NCBI GenBank assembly: GCA_965248535.1
Contig: CBDFJR010000005.1
Span: 192,001-256,000, forward strand
Reading direction: 5' to 3'
Length of the DNA: 64,000 nucleotides
DNA from: Phormidesmis sp.
GTDB taxonomy: Bacteria > Cyanobacteriota > Cyanobacteriia > Leptolyngbyales > Leptolyngbyaceae
Shown here: piece by piece, positions 38,338 to 48,656 of the stretch
How positions within the stretch are numbered: position 1 is the first letter of the stretch
Layout of the letters: each line of letters starts with the position of its first letter
Program-made: the position numbers and the translations under genes
Notes under the pieces: model-generated
Database searches by the model: none
Told to the model about the DNA's origin: nothing
The model's input: the letters and a program-made list of their open reading frames with translations, nothing else

Positions 38338-39360
38338 ATGTCTCGATCGAGTTCTCTGCGCTACTACATTTTGTCGCGGGTCTTGTTTGCCCCATTGATG
38401 CTGTGGCTGATCACAAGCCTGGTTTTTTTGCTGCTGAGAGCCACGCCCGGAGACCCGATCGATGCACTGTTAGGCCCGCGAGCACCCCAAGCCGCCAAAG
38501 AAGCGCTGCGCGCCCAGTTAGGCTTAGGCAAACCGCTAATTTTGCAATATTTTGACTATATGGGGTCATTGCTGCATCTAGATCTGGGCAAATCACTAAT
38601 CAGCAAAGATTCCGTGTGGGAGATCATTGGTAAGTTTTTTCCGGCAACCGTTGAGCTAGCGATCGTCAGCATGGCGATCGCGCTGATCGTCGGCATTGGC
38701 GTTGGCATTCTTTCTGCCTCTCAACCCAATAGCGCCATTGATGTCGGCGGTCGATTGTTTAGCATTATCACCTATTCCATTCCTCTATTTTGGTTGGGAA
38801 TGCTGTTGCAGTTAGTGTTCTCAGTGCAACTCGGTTGGTTTCCCTTGGGCACTCGGTTTCCCGTTACGGTTCCGGCCCCTCAAGCCATCACCGGACTGTA
38901 TACGATCGATAGCCTGCTCAGTGCTCATCTCGATCAGTTTTTCATCGCTTTATATTATCTGGCGCTGCCCTCGCTCACCCTTGGCGTGTTGATTAGCGGC
39001 ATCTTTGAACGCATCGTTCGCGTTAATCTCAAACAAACACTGAAATCCGACTATGTAGAAGCCGCCAGAGCCAGAGGCATTCCCGAACGCAAGATTCTCA
39101 TTAACCACGCGCTTAAGAACGCGATGATTCCAGTCGTTACAATTTTAGGATTAACGCTAGCAGCATTGCTAGGAGGGACAATTTTAACCGAAGTCACCTT
39201 CTCTTGGCCCGGACTCGCAAATCGTTTGTATCGGGCGATCGCCCAACGCGACTATCCCACCGTGCAGGGAATTATCGTCTTTTTTGCCGCGATCGTCGCC
39301 CTAGCCAGCATCGCGATCGACGTGATCAACGCCTATATCGATCCCCGCATTCGCTACTAG
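38338..39360 (+). CDS. Peptide ABC transporter permease (DppB/OppB family)
   Basis: PGDP, DYVEAARARG, HALKNA, TEVTFSWPGL, RDYPTVQG, IDPRIRY. Confidence 0.92.
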   Translation: MSRSSSLRYYILSRVLFAPLMLWLITSLVFLLLRATPGDPIDALLGPRAPQAAKEALRAQLGLGKPLILQYFDYMGSLLHLDLGKSLISKDSVWEIIGKFFPATVELAIVSMAIALIVGIGVGILSASQPNSAIDVGGRLFSIITYSIPLFWLGMLLQLVFSVQLGWFPLGTRFPVTVPAPQAITGLYTIDSLLSAHLDQFFIALYYLALPSLTLGVLISGIFERIVRVNLKQTLKSDYVEAARARGIPERKILINHALKNAMIPVVTILGLTLAALLGGTILTEVTFSWPGLANRLYRAIAQRDYPTVQGIIVFFAAIVALASIAIDVINAYIDPRIRY

Positions 39361-39476
39361 TGGGCTTTCAACTTCTAATTCTGTCGGACGTAAAGATTGA
39401 TCTTCTGGGCAAAGGCGAGGGCTGCGATCGTGATAAGTCATAAAGGTCGAACCCCGATCGCCCGACTAAAAACGCC

Positions 39477-42008
39477 ATGGATCAAGCAGAGCAGATCAGT
39501 TGGTTAAAGCAAAACACGGTCTTAGAGTCGCTTTCAGAGGAAACACTGGGCGCGATCGTGACGGCCATTCAAGCAGAATCGGTGCAGGAAAATCGGCGGT
39601 TAGTGCTAGAAGACACGATTCCTCCGGCAGTCTATATTCTGCACACAGGGCGGGTTGAGAGCTATCGCACCAGTCAGACGGGGGTTGCCCAAGCAACGAG
39701 TTTATTGCCCGGTGCGATCGTCTATCTCAAAGAGTTATTGATTAACGCGGCGGCTGAAGACACCACCATTACCCTCAGTGATTGTGTGCTGTGGACGATT
39801 CCGCGGGCAGAGTTTTTGACGTTGACTCAGCAATACCCAGAGATTTCCCAGACGTTTTCTCGCTCTCTGGCAACCGAGTTAGAACTGGTCTCATCTCAAC
39901 TCGCCTTTGAACGAGAGAGACAGACCGCGCTGCGCCCCTATGTGGTGCCCAAGGTCAGACGGGGCATTGTCGGCACCAGTCGCTATGCGATCAGAATTCG
40001 GCAAGAGATTAAAAAAGCGTCGGGCGATCGCCAATCCGTTTTGATTTTTGGCGAACCTGGGTTAGAAAAAGACAACACGGCCGCCCTGATTCATTTTGGG
40101 TCGGGCGATCGTAAAGAACCGATGATTCAGGTCAACTGCAACACGCTGCAACCGAGTGGAGCCGAGCTATTTGGGCGGGTTGGCGGCAAACCAGGGCTGC
40201 TAGATTGGATCGGACGTGGCACACTTTTGCTCAATAATCTAGAGTCAATTCCCCCTGAGCTAGAAGAGAAATTGGCTCAACTGCTGGCAACTGGAGAGTT
40301 TAGTCCCCTCGATCGCGACGACACAACCCCGGCTCTGCGACGGTGTGAAGCCCGGATCATGATGACTTCTGAGAAAGTTTTGCCACGATTAGAGCGCGGA
40401 AAGCTGGTCGGACACACGATCAAAATTCCGCCGTTGAGAGTTCGCAAGGCAGATATTCAGGTGCAGATTGAATATTATCTCAGCCTGCTGTGTCGCTCTA
40501 GAGGCATTCTCAAGCCCAAAATCACGCCCGAAGCACTGCGTCGTCTGCAAGGCTATGACTTTCCGGGCAACGCGATCGAGCTACAAAGTCTCATCGCCCG
40601 CGCCCTCACCCAATCCGATGGAGCCTCTGAGCTAACCGAGGAAGTTTTTTGGTCAGCGAGTCTCAAAAATCGGCGGTTTCGGCTCAATTTGCTTAATGCT
40701 TATCCCAAGTTGCGGCAGTTTCTTCGCAGCCCTTGGTATCCCGATCGCTTGAATTATGGCTTCACGTTAGGCTTTTTTGCGGTCGTGGTCGCGGTGCTGA
40801 TCTGGGGCCCGCAAACCCGCGATCGTAACGTGGCGCTCAATTTCTTCTGGGCGTGGTGGTGGATGCTGATGTTGGCGGCCTTTCCGTTTGTGGGGCGGCT
40901 GTGGTGTGCGGTTTGTCCGTTTATGATCTACGGCGAACTGGCCCAAAAAATCTCACTGTGGATTTATCCCCGTCAGCTTCAACCCTGGCCCCGTCAAGAA
41001 GCCCAAACTTGGGGCGGCTGGTTTCTATTTGGCCTGTTTGCCCTGATTTTGCTGTGGGAAGAACTGTGGAATCTCGAAAATGTGGCCTATCTGTCGGGCT
41101 GTCTGCTGCTGCTGATCACGGCCGGGGCGGTGATTTTTTCGCTGCTGTTTGAGCGCCGATTTTGGTGTCGCTATCTTTGCCCGATCGGGGGCATGAACGG
41201 TCTGTTTGCCAAGCTATCAATGGTCGAACTGCGCGCCCAGCAGGGCATCTGCTCGGCTAGCTGCACAACCTATCAATGCTATAAAGGCGGCCCTCAAAAG
41301 GGCGAAGGTCTAGAGACGGGCGGCTGTCCGGTTTATTCTCACCCGGCGCAACTGCAAGACAACAAAGATTGCGTTCTCTGCATGACCTGTCTCAAAGCCT
41401 GCCCCCACCGATCGGTTGAACTCAATTTTCGACCTCCTGGGATTGAGCTTTGGACGACTCACAAACCCAGTTACGCCGAAATCGCCCTGCTATTTTTGCT
41501 GTTTGGTGCCGTGTTTTTGCATCGATTGCCCGAAATTGAACAGCAGGTTGGCTTAAATCTTCAGTTAGATAATTTTGGCATTCATGCGGGGGTGTCGGTT
41601 GTGGCGCTGCTGATTCCTGCTGCGATCGCCCTGGTCGCCCATGCCTTGATTCGTCTCTTTAACGCCAAGCCGCGGCCTTTTTTAGAACTGGCCTATGGCT
41701 ATTTGCCGATCGTGTTGGGCAGCAGTCTGGCCCACTATCTGAGATTAGGCTTGACCGAAGCCGGACGGATCATTCCCGTAACGATCGCCACCTTTGGCGC
41801 AGAGACTCAAAATCTTTCTCTCCCGATCGCCGTCGCTGATCCTGCTGTGATCGCCTTTCTTCAAGGCGTGACCTTCATTTTCTCATTTTGGTTGAGTGTT
41901 TTTCTGACTCAAAAAATCGCCCGGCAGCCGATTTGGAATTTGTTGCCGCAGCATGTTGCAACAGGCGCGATCGGGTCTATGCTATGGGGGATCGTTGTCA
42001 GCCAATAA
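39477..42008 (+). CDS. Fusion of cNMP-binding, degenerate sigma54-type AAA+ and NapH/MauN-like membrane 4Fe-4S domains
   Basis: Crp-like N-terminus; VLIFGEPGLEK, QVNC, PPLRVRKADI, YDFPGNAIEL; multi-TM region with WCAVCP, WCRYLCP, CVLCMTCLKACP. Confidence 0.85.
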   Translation: MDQAEQISWLKQNTVLESLSEETLGAIVTAIQAESVQENRRLVLEDTIPPAVYILHTGRVESYRTSQTGVAQATSLLPGAIVYLKELLINAAAEDTTITLSDCVLWTIPRAEFLTLTQQYPEISQTFSRSLATELELVSSQLAFERERQTALRPYVVPKVRRGIVGTSRYAIRIRQEIKKASGDRQSVLIFGEPGLEKDNTAALIHFGSGDRKEPMIQVNCNTLQPSGAELFGRVGGKPGLLDWIGRGTLLLNNLESIPPELEEKLAQLLATGEFSPLDRDDTTPALRRCEARIMMTSEKVLPRLERGKLVGHTIKIPPLRVRKADIQVQIEYYLSLLCRSRGILKPKITPEALRRLQGYDFPGNAIELQSLIARALTQSDGASELTEEVFWSASLKNRRFRLNLLNAYPKLRQFLRSPWYPDRLNYGFTLGFFAVVVAVLIWGPQTRDRNVALNFFWAWWWMLMLAAFPFVGRLWCAVCPFMIYGELAQKISLWIYPRQLQPWPRQEAQTWGGWFLFGLFALILLWEELWNLENVAYLSGCLLLLITAGAVIFSLLFERRFWCRYLCPIGGMNGLFAKLSMVELRAQQGICSASCTTYQCYKGGPQKGEGLETGGCPVYSHPAQLQDNKDCVLCMTCLKACPHRSVELNFRPPGIELWTTHKPSYAEIALLFLLFGAVFLHRLPEIEQQVGLNLQLDNFGIHAGVSVVALLIPAAIALVAHALIRLFNAKPRPFLELAYGYLPIVLGSSLAHYLRLGLTEAGRIIPVTIATFGAETQNLSLPIAVADPAVIAFLQGVTFIFSFWLSVFLTQKIARQPIWNLLPQHVATGAIGSMLWGIVVSQ

Positions 42009-42132
42009 CACCACAGTTACGGTGGGATGATTAAGTTTCTGAGGATGAGCGATCGGCGATTATTAGCCAAGTGAGAAATTATTCAGTTAAGATCTGAACT
42101 CATTAGACTAAACGAGTTTCCTAGAAAGCGTC

Positions 42133-42810
42133 ATGGGAAGAACAAGCATCAAAGGTAATCATCGAAGACCGCTCTTTGCAAAGAGTTCTGTTCGCCATTC
42201 TCCCGAAAAGATGTCGGAAACGCCTGGTGAGATCAGGGCAGCCTGGCATCTAATCAATCAATTAGTTGCCTTTGTTCAGCGCTATCCCGTTCTTCTGTGG
42301 AGCGGAGTTTGGGTCTTGTTGGTAGCCATCATCTGGTTTAGCGCGACCGGGCTAACCCACGTTGACACCTTCGAGGTCGAACAGTCTCAGCCCGAAATCG
42401 GCGCAGACGCATCTCAGACTGCCCTGCTCAAACCGCGACTTCAGGCAAAACCTGCTTCTTCGCTGGGGCTGCTGATGGCGATCGCCGTCAGTTGTGGCGT
42501 GACTTCTCTGCTCTTGTCTAAGCAATTTACGCCTGCTAAAGCCCAGCGGGGGCTGGTAATCAAACGCCAAACCGCCTTCCCCGATCAGCCGCTTGAGACC
42601 GTCGCCCATCCCCCGTCTCCATCCGCCGAGTCTAAGCTGTCTAGACAGTCTGCGGGCGATGCCGTGCCGCGCCGATCGCCACCCGTTGAGACCCAGCCCA
42701 CCGTGACCGTGCTGCCACCCGAAGAAAACCATCCGCTAGATTGGGGCGATGCTAGCCTGGCAGACTTGATGGATATTCGCAAGCAAACGTCGCTGTCTAA
42801 CTATCTTTAG
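42133..42810 (+). CDS. Hypothetical membrane protein
   Basis: Two hydrophobic segments, Pro-rich linker, C-terminal LADLMDIRK. Confidence 0.7.
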   Translation: MGRTSIKGNHRRPLFAKSSVRHSPEKMSETPGEIRAAWHLINQLVAFVQRYPVLLWSGVWVLLVAIIWFSATGLTHVDTFEVEQSQPEIGADASQTALLKPRLQAKPASSLGLLMAIAVSCGVTSLLLSKQFTPAKAQRGLVIKRQTAFPDQPLETVAHPPSPSAESKLSRQSAGDAVPRRSPPVETQPTVTVLPPEENHPLDWGDASLADLMDIRKQTSLSNYL

Positions 42811-42832
42811 GATTGTGGATTAAATAACCTGT

Positions 42833-42909
42833 AAAAGTCCCCCAAAGTGGGGGATTTAGGGGGCTGAAGCCGATCGAAACGCAGCCCCAAAGACTTCGTA
42901 CACCATAGC
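42833..42909. repeat. Cyanobacterial intergenic REP/SDR-type repeat
   Basis: AAAGTCCCCC-AAAGT-GGGGGATTT-AGGGGG hairpin followed by GACTTCGTACACCATAGC, between convergent genes. Confidence 0.6.
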
Positions 42910-42973
42910 TATTTAGAGAGCGGGCGAGAAGGTGCACCTTAATCGCTCCACATTCCTTATCAAGATTCTCTAA

Positions 42974-45664
42974 TCAAGGTTTCACCGCCAAGAGTGCCTT
43001 CCAGTCAGCGATCGCTGCTTCGCTCCAGAGCCAGTTTTTAGCGAGAGCATCGGGCTGAAACTGTAGAGGAGCCTGTCTGATCACTTGATCCCGCAGCTTC
43101 ACGGCTTCACCTTTAAGCCGACTCTGCTGATCAGCAGGCTGACCTGCGGTAGATTTCATGGTGACCAGCGCCAAGCCTGCGTAGGCAAAGAGCGTCTCTT
43201 GAGCAGGCGTTTTCAGGGTCTCGGTGCCAGATTTTTGTGGCTCAGTGCGCTTAATAGCCTGAATCCAGGCATCACTGGCGCGCTTGAGATTGCCTTCTCG
43301 ATAGTAAGCAAACCCTAAAGCCGTGTAATAGCGGGGGTCTGGGGTGCCTTTAAGGGCAGTTTCCCAATAGCGACGAGCATCTTCGCCGCTGTAGCTGCCG
43401 CTGTTGGTCTTCATAAACTGCCAGGCCAATCGCCCCCGCAGAAAACTGATGGCTGCCCCATCTTTCTCGGCTGGAAGGGTTTGCAAGGCAGACCCCGCTG
43501 CTGGCAAAGCGCCCCGATCGAGCAATGCCTCGACCGCTTCTTGCCCGGCTTTTAGGTTGCCTTGGCTAAAGCTGGTCATGGCAATCCCAGTCAGGTTATT
43601 GGTCTCAGCCTTAGCAACATTGGCAGGCGTTTGGCTAGAGGGCTGATCGAGACTAGGAATCTGCCGTAGAAGCTCATCTGGGCTGGGGTTAGATGCCCCC
43701 CCATATTTAGAAATGCCCCAAAGGCCCAGCACCACCGCCGATGCCAGCCCAACACTGGCGATCGCGGGTCGCCAAGGCAGACGCAACCTTGATTTTTGGG
43801 GCATCTGCCCAAACACCCGATCGCTGGGGGCTGGGGTGGTCTCAGAGGTCCCCGGTTGAGTCGGCTGGGTGACGGTGACAGCAGTCGGTTGCACGATCGC
43901 TGACTGACTCAGTAAAGGTTTAGGATCTAGCGCCAAAGAGACCTCTGCATCAGGGAGATTGTGCGCCTCACAGAGCCGCTGTAGGTTTTGCTGAACGTGC
44001 TCATAGCGCGGGTCTAGCTGCAATGCCAACTGATAGGCAGCGATCGCTTGGGGAATTTGATCGCCGTAGGCTTCGAGGGCGATGCCCAATTTGCTATAAG
44101 CTTCAGCCGATGGCTGATGCTGAATCGCGTCTCCATACACTCCGATCGCGCCGACCACATTTCCCTGAGCAAACAGCACATCGCCCAGGGTGATATAGTC
44201 CTTAGCCTCGTTGAGTTCTAGCTTGATCAAGTCAGACTCGTGCTCGGTTTGCTGGTCAAACAGAGGCTCGTCTTCAGCCCGCTCTCTAAACGGATTGGCA
44301 TCCTCCCCGGCTAACTGTCTAAACAAGTCAAGAACGGCATCGCGATCGGCTTCGTCTGGCTCTTCATAGTCAGCGATCTCTTCGGCATCTACCGCTAGAG
44401 GAGGGGCTGTTAAGGGCAGATCGGCAAGGCGAGGCGCGATCGGGCGCTCATCAAACCGAGTCTGAGGAGTTTCACTCTCTAACGGCGGCTGCAAATAGCC
44501 ATCAAAGTCGGGATGCAGATACAAAATCGGCAGCGCCCAATATAACTGGTGAGAGCCGTAGGAAGACAGCAGCCCTTGTCGGGCCCGACTCAGACTGAGG
44601 TCGATCGATGATCGCTGCCGCAAGTTGCGATAAAACAGACGGCTCAAGGTCAGCGCCACATCGTCTGGAATGCGCTCTGCCATTGCCAACACAGCCGGAA
44701 CGCCGCGCCTCAGCAGAGCATCTGCCAAGTTTCCGGTTTCGGCTTCGCTCGCCGGGTCAGAGGTGGCTGTATAAACGCCCCGACACGAGTTAAACACCGC
44801 CATGCGAATGCCGTTGTTCACCAGCAGCCCCGCTAAGTCATCGCCGCTCAAAACCTCTGTCAGCCCCGTTTTATCGCTGACCAGATATAAATCGCCGCCC
44901 GACCCCCCCAGATTGCTGTGCCCGGCATAGTGCAAAACCTGATAGCAGCCTTGTTCTAACGCCTGGGTGAGTTGCTCTCGGCCGGGCTGATCCAAAATAG
45001 TGAGTTCGATCGCGGGCAAAGGGGCCGTGCCCGATCGCGTCGCCTGCTCTCGCTGAAGTTCTTCATTTAAGTGATTGGCTTCTTGGCGCAGCGCCAAAAC
45101 TTCTTGATCGGTGGGGGCCGCCAGCACCATGAGAATTTTGAGGGGCTGATTTTTCTCTAAAGCTGGCAGCGGCTGAGACGGCAACACGGTGGCCATCGGC
45201 GCAAAGGCAGACTGATAGCGCGAGAAAATCACGTCAGTGCCCGTGGCGAGGGGGCGGCCTCCCGCATTGAGCACTTCCCACGGCAGGCGAGGCAAGCGAT
45301 CGCCCCGCAGACCTAGCCGCAGCCGCAGATCTTCACGACGATTTTGGGCTACCCCCTGAGCGGTCATCCAGCTATCGCGAATGGTGCCTTGAAATAGAGC
45401 GTCGTAGAGAGTTTGCCCCAAAGACACCAAGCTATGAGACAGAGAATCTGCCGCGTTGCCCTTGGGCGATCGCCCCGGAAGATGCCCCCGCAGCAGACCC
45501 AAGAGCGGGTCATGCATCAGTTGACTGGCCTGTGCTAGCCAGTCATCAACGCTCCAGGTGACTAGTTCTTCGGCTAAGGGCACCCCTGGTGACACCCGTT
45601 CAGTGCGAATCCAATACTCGTCTTCTCTGACCGGAGTCACAGAAATATAGAATTCCTGAGTCAC
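42974..45664 (-). CDS. hetF: HetF-like CHAT (caspase-like) protease with TPR and transmembrane segment
   Basis: MTQEFYISVTPV...RTERVSPGVPLAEE, LPWEVL, catalytic LHYAGH and VFNSC, YWALPILY; TPR and TM in the C-terminal half. Confidence 0.87.
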   Translation of the reverse strand: MTQEFYISVTPVREDEYWIRTERVSPGVPLAEELVTWSVDDWLAQASQLMHDPLLGLLRGHLPGRSPKGNAADSLSHSLVSLGQTLYDALFQGTIRDSWMTAQGVAQNRREDLRLRLGLRGDRLPRLPWEVLNAGGRPLATGTDVIFSRYQSAFAPMATVLPSQPLPALEKNQPLKILMVLAAPTDQEVLALRQEANHLNEELQREQATRSGTAPLPAIELTILDQPGREQLTQALEQGCYQVLHYAGHSNLGGSGGDLYLVSDKTGLTEVLSGDDLAGLLVNNGIRMAVFNSCRGVYTATSDPASEAETGNLADALLRRGVPAVLAMAERIPDDVALTLSRLFYRNLRQRSSIDLSLSRARQGLLSSYGSHQLYWALPILYLHPDFDGYLQPPLESETPQTRFDERPIAPRLADLPLTAPPLAVDAEEIADYEEPDEADRDAVLDLFRQLAGEDANPFRERAEDEPLFDQQTEHESDLIKLELNEAKDYITLGDVLFAQGNVVGAIGVYGDAIQHQPSAEAYSKLGIALEAYGDQIPQAIAAYQLALQLDPRYEHVQQNLQRLCEAHNLPDAEVSLALDPKPLLSQSAIVQPTAVTVTQPTQPGTSETTPAPSDRVFGQMPQKSRLRLPWRPAIASVGLASAVVLGLWGISKYGGASNPSPDELLRQIPSLDQPSSQTPANVAKAETNNLTGIAMTSFSQGNLKAGQEAVEALLDRGALPAAGSALQTLPAEKDGAAISFLRGRLAWQFMKTNSGSYSGEDARRYWETALKGTPDPRYYTALGFAYYREGNLKRASDAWIQAIKRTEPQKSGTETLKTPAQETLFAYAGLALVTMKSTAGQPADQQSRLKGEAVKLRDQVIRQAPLQFQPDALAKNWLWSEAAIADWKALLAVKP

Positions 45665-45986
45665 AACTACTCTCCAAGAAGACCTATTCTACAGCTATCA
45701 CTAAATCTACAGCTATGGCTGATTTTGACGATCGACTTCCCATATTCCTCATAACCACTGATTAAAGCGGCAAATCAGGCAAAATCTTTGAAATTCAGGA
45801 CGCTTTGAAGGATCGTTGAGAAACGTCCTGTCTTCAGGATTACAAACTTCTGACCTTTATGGCCCAGGATTTGAAAAAGATGTAAATTCGATGAAGCGTT
45901 TTGCGGCGGCTTCTGGTCAAAAGGCAGACGATGCACCGAGATGCCTTGAGAAACAGGTCAGTCGATCGCTGAGAACGCTGAAGGAT

Positions 45987-46823
45987 TTAGGCTCCCTCGA
46001 CTCTAGCGCGATAGTCGGCGCTGTTTTGCCCATCACTGCCAGAGGTCGGGTTCTGTTGAGCCAGTTGGCGGAGTCGCACGACCCGATCGCTAGCCGCCGG
46101 GTGATTGCTTAAAAAGGTCGGCGCTGATTTGCTGGTCACCAGTTTTTGCATAAAAACCGCCATTTGCGATTGAGCATAGCCCGCCCGTCCCAGGGTTGCT
46201 AGCCCTCGCTGGTCGGCTTCATATTCGTCTTTGCGGCTGTTGGGGAGATCGAGCGCGAGTTGAACGCCGAGATTGACGGCCGTGCTGCGATCGAGTCCTG
46301 CGGCTCCTAACAAACCTTGGGCAATTGACTTTTCTCGCATCTGCTTGATGGCGTGACGGGCCGCGATGTGACCAATTTCGTGACCCATCACACTGGCCAG
46401 TTGCGCCTCGTTATCGGCCGCCTTGATTAGGCCCCGGTGGACATAGACAAACCCGCCCATCGTTGCAAAGGCGTTGATGCTATTGTCATCGACGACCTGA
46501 AATGTGTAGCGTAGGTTTGGGCGATCGCTCTTAGCCGCGAGTCGCTGCCCCACCTGATTTACGTAGTCTGTAATTCTGGAATTGCGAATCAGTTTGACTT
46601 GACTGCCCGTAATTTCTTCGTTAATTTGCTGACCGAGGGCGACTTCTTGGCGATCGTTAAGACTCGACAACTGCACGACTTGAATGCCCTTTAACAGCAA
46701 GTCTGCCCAAGAAAATGCCTGAGAAGCAAGGGGTTGACCGACCCAGATGCTCAGGGCCACGACTAGAGAAACGAGGGGATAAAACCAGCGACGACCCGAT
46801 CGTTGAAACCGTTGATTAACCAT
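45987..46823 (-). CDS. Secreted M48-family metalloprotease (BepA/YfgC-like domain)
   Basis: Signal peptide; INAFATMGG, MGHEIGH, SRKDEYEAD, LSNHP. Confidence 0.9.
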   Translation of the reverse strand: MVNQRFQRSGRRWFYPLVSLVVALSIWVGQPLASQAFSWADLLLKGIQVVQLSSLNDRQEVALGQQINEEITGSQVKLIRNSRITDYVNQVGQRLAAKSDRPNLRYTFQVVDDNSINAFATMGGFVYVHRGLIKAADNEAQLASVMGHEIGHIAARHAIKQMREKSIAQGLLGAAGLDRSTAVNLGVQLALDLPNSRKDEYEADQRGLATLGRAGYAQSQMAVFMQKLVTSKSAPTFLSNHPAASDRVVRLRQLAQQNPTSGSDGQNSADYRARVEGA

Positions 46824-47169
46824 ATAAAGTGCCCGTTCAAATAAAGAAGGAATCTAAGGTGCTCAGACCAGCCCCAGAACAAACTAGTTAGACACCAGAC
46901 GCGCAGGATTTAAAATTGGTTGCAGTTGGCTGCAAAGTTCTCTAAATTCACCAATCTGATTGTAGAGAAGAACCTGCCCTGTGTTGACGGTGGCTGTGGT
47001 CAATCCCGATCGTCCCGGATGTTAAACGTCAGCAGAGCCTCTCAAAAACTCTAGAATTTAGATTTTTGACCGTCACTAGCGTGCTATAAACTCACTACCG
47101 TATGGACGAAACGCCGCGCAGTTTTGCAGTCCGCTTTCTTCTTTGATCACGCAACTGGAATCGGTATTT

Positions 47170-47688
47170 ATGGCTCTTCTAGATTCTCAAGGTCGATTAT
47201 TTGGCAAAGTTAGCCTGTTGGATGTCGGGGCAGGACTCGTCATCTTGATGGTGATTTTTGGTGTGTTCTTCTTTCCAGGAACCTCTGGCTCGATCGCTCA
47301 GATGTCTCCGGCTAAACCGATCGAGGTAGATGTGGTGGTGAGGGGTCTCAGCGCCACCGACCCTAAAAGCTTGATTAAAGCGGGTGACAAAACTAGCATT
47401 ATTGTCCGCAAACAGCCATCGGGAGAAGCGACCCTCAAGGCTGTCAAGTTTTTGCCTCGCAATACGCTAGTGCCTCAGCCTGATGGCTCTGTCAAAGCGC
47501 TGCCAGACCCCAGACCTGAAGTGGCCTTTGCAAACGATATGGTGTTGACGCTGGTGAGCAAGGCGCAGATGACCAAAGACGGCCCTGTGTTGGGGGGTGA
47601 AAAAGTCAAGGTGGGCACCACGATCGAGCTAGATGGCCCCGCCTACAACTTTTCGACGAGCGTAATTTCTGTCCGGGTTGAGAAGTAG
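47170..47688 (+). CDS. DUF4330-family protein
   Basis: MALLDSQGRLFGKVSLLD, one TM, VPQPDGSVKALPDP. Confidence 0.8.
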   Translation: MALLDSQGRLFGKVSLLDVGAGLVILMVIFGVFFFPGTSGSIAQMSPAKPIEVDVVVRGLSATDPKSLIKAGDKTSIIVRKQPSGEATLKAVKFLPRNTLVPQPDGSVKALPDPRPEVAFANDMVLTLVSKAQMTKDGPVLGGEKVKVGTTIELDGPAYNFSTSVISVRVEK

Positions 47689-47711
47689 GCCCAAAAAATA
47701 AGATCAAAAAA

Positions 47712-47738
47712 TAGGGGCAGATCAAGGATCTGCCCCTA
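47712..47738. terminator. Terminator hairpin between convergent genes
   Basis: TAGGGGCAGATC-AAG-GATCTGCCCCTA, a perfect 12-bp stem preceded by an A-tract (U-tail on the minus strand). Confidence 0.8.
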
Positions 47739-47779
47739 GGGTCATAGAGTTGAATGCTGCTTGAGGTTGAGAAACCCAA

Positions 47780-48175
47780 TTAACGCATAGCGTTTTTTGC
47801 TGACTTGACGGCCTTGCCCGCTTTGCTTTCAGCTTTTTCAAGGGATTTCTTAAGCGTTTCTTCGATCGAGCCTGCACCTTGAGAGTTAGACGGACTCTTC
47901 ATGTTTTCAATGCCAGCCGTGCCTTGAATTTCGTTGATTGCGCCACCTTGCGCCCGCTCGGTCACTGCTTCGAGACCCTGAGGTCCGCCCTGATCGATCG
48001 CGTCTTTAGCGGTGCGCTCATATTTCTTGGCGGTGTCGCTAGCTTCATTCTTCATGGGCTGATTTTTGGTGGGCGACGCAGAGGCCATTGGGGTCGGCAT
48101 GGCGAGAGAGATCATGAGCACTGCACAGAGACAAGCCGTGAGCACAGAGCGAACAGTGGATAACAGAGACTTCAT
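47780..48175 (-). CDS. Secreted hydrophilic protein (stress/low-temperature-induced type)
   Basis: GGAGGA RBS; signal peptide; K/A/E-rich LEA-like body with INEIQGTAG. Confidence 0.7.
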   Translation of the reverse strand: MKSLLSTVRSVLTACLCAVLMISLAMPTPMASASPTKNQPMKNEASDTAKKYERTAKDAIDQGGPQGLEAVTERAQGGAINEIQGTAGIENMKSPSNSQGAGSIEETLKKSLEKAESKAGKAVKSAKNAMR

Positions 48176-48316
48176 ACAAACTTCCTCCAAATAGAAGCTA
48201 AATTTTTGAGATGGACAATAGATTCAAATTTAGTCTGCGTCTATCTACTCACAATCTCCACCGCGATCGCGTCTGTATCTGGAGTGACGTTTCGCTAGGT
48301 TTAAACGATTAATTTG

Positions 48317-48332
48317 TCTATCGGAGGATAGA
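48317..48332. promoter_or_regulatory. Perfect palindrome TCTATC-GGAG-GATAGA upstream of the stress-type protein
   Basis: Same 6-4-6 pattern as the sites at 20279, 24369 and 24715. Confidence 0.45.
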
Positions 48333-48342
48333 TGTAGGATTT

Positions 48343-48651
48343 TTAGCGTCCTTTAGTCATGAATTCCACCCTTGGTAAAAGCGGGTCTTCGACCACCCCA
48401 AAGCCTTTAAAGCCCCAGCGATCGAGCACCTTGGTTAACTGCGTTCCTGGAACTGTCTCGACCGAGAAGCGATCGCTGACCCCGGCTGCATGTTTGTTGA
48501 GATAGCTCAATGCGTCAAAGTTTTCACGAAACAAGAGCACATAGCCCGTTTGCGGCGACCGAGTTGGGTCACGATCGTCACGATCGGGGTATGCAGCCAG
48601 ATAGCTGCCATCGGCTCTAGATCGAATCAGATAATAGGTTTCAGATAACAT
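48343..48651 (-). CDS. Conserved cyanobacterial hypothetical protein
   Basis: YYLIRSRADGSYL, LLFRENFDALSYLN, RWGFKGFGVVEDPL. Confidence 0.75.
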   Translation of the reverse strand: MLSETYYLIRSRADGSYLAAYPDRDDRDPTRSPQTGYVLLFRENFDALSYLNKHAAGVSDRFSVETVPGTQLTKVLDRWGFKGFGVVEDPLLPRVEFMTKGR

Positions 48652-48656
48652 CAGGG

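Noticed and set aside
45816..46112. This 98-aa ORF and the other short overlapping ORFs in the track
   Set aside because: They overlap well-supported genes or lack an RBS and motifs; treated as spurious.
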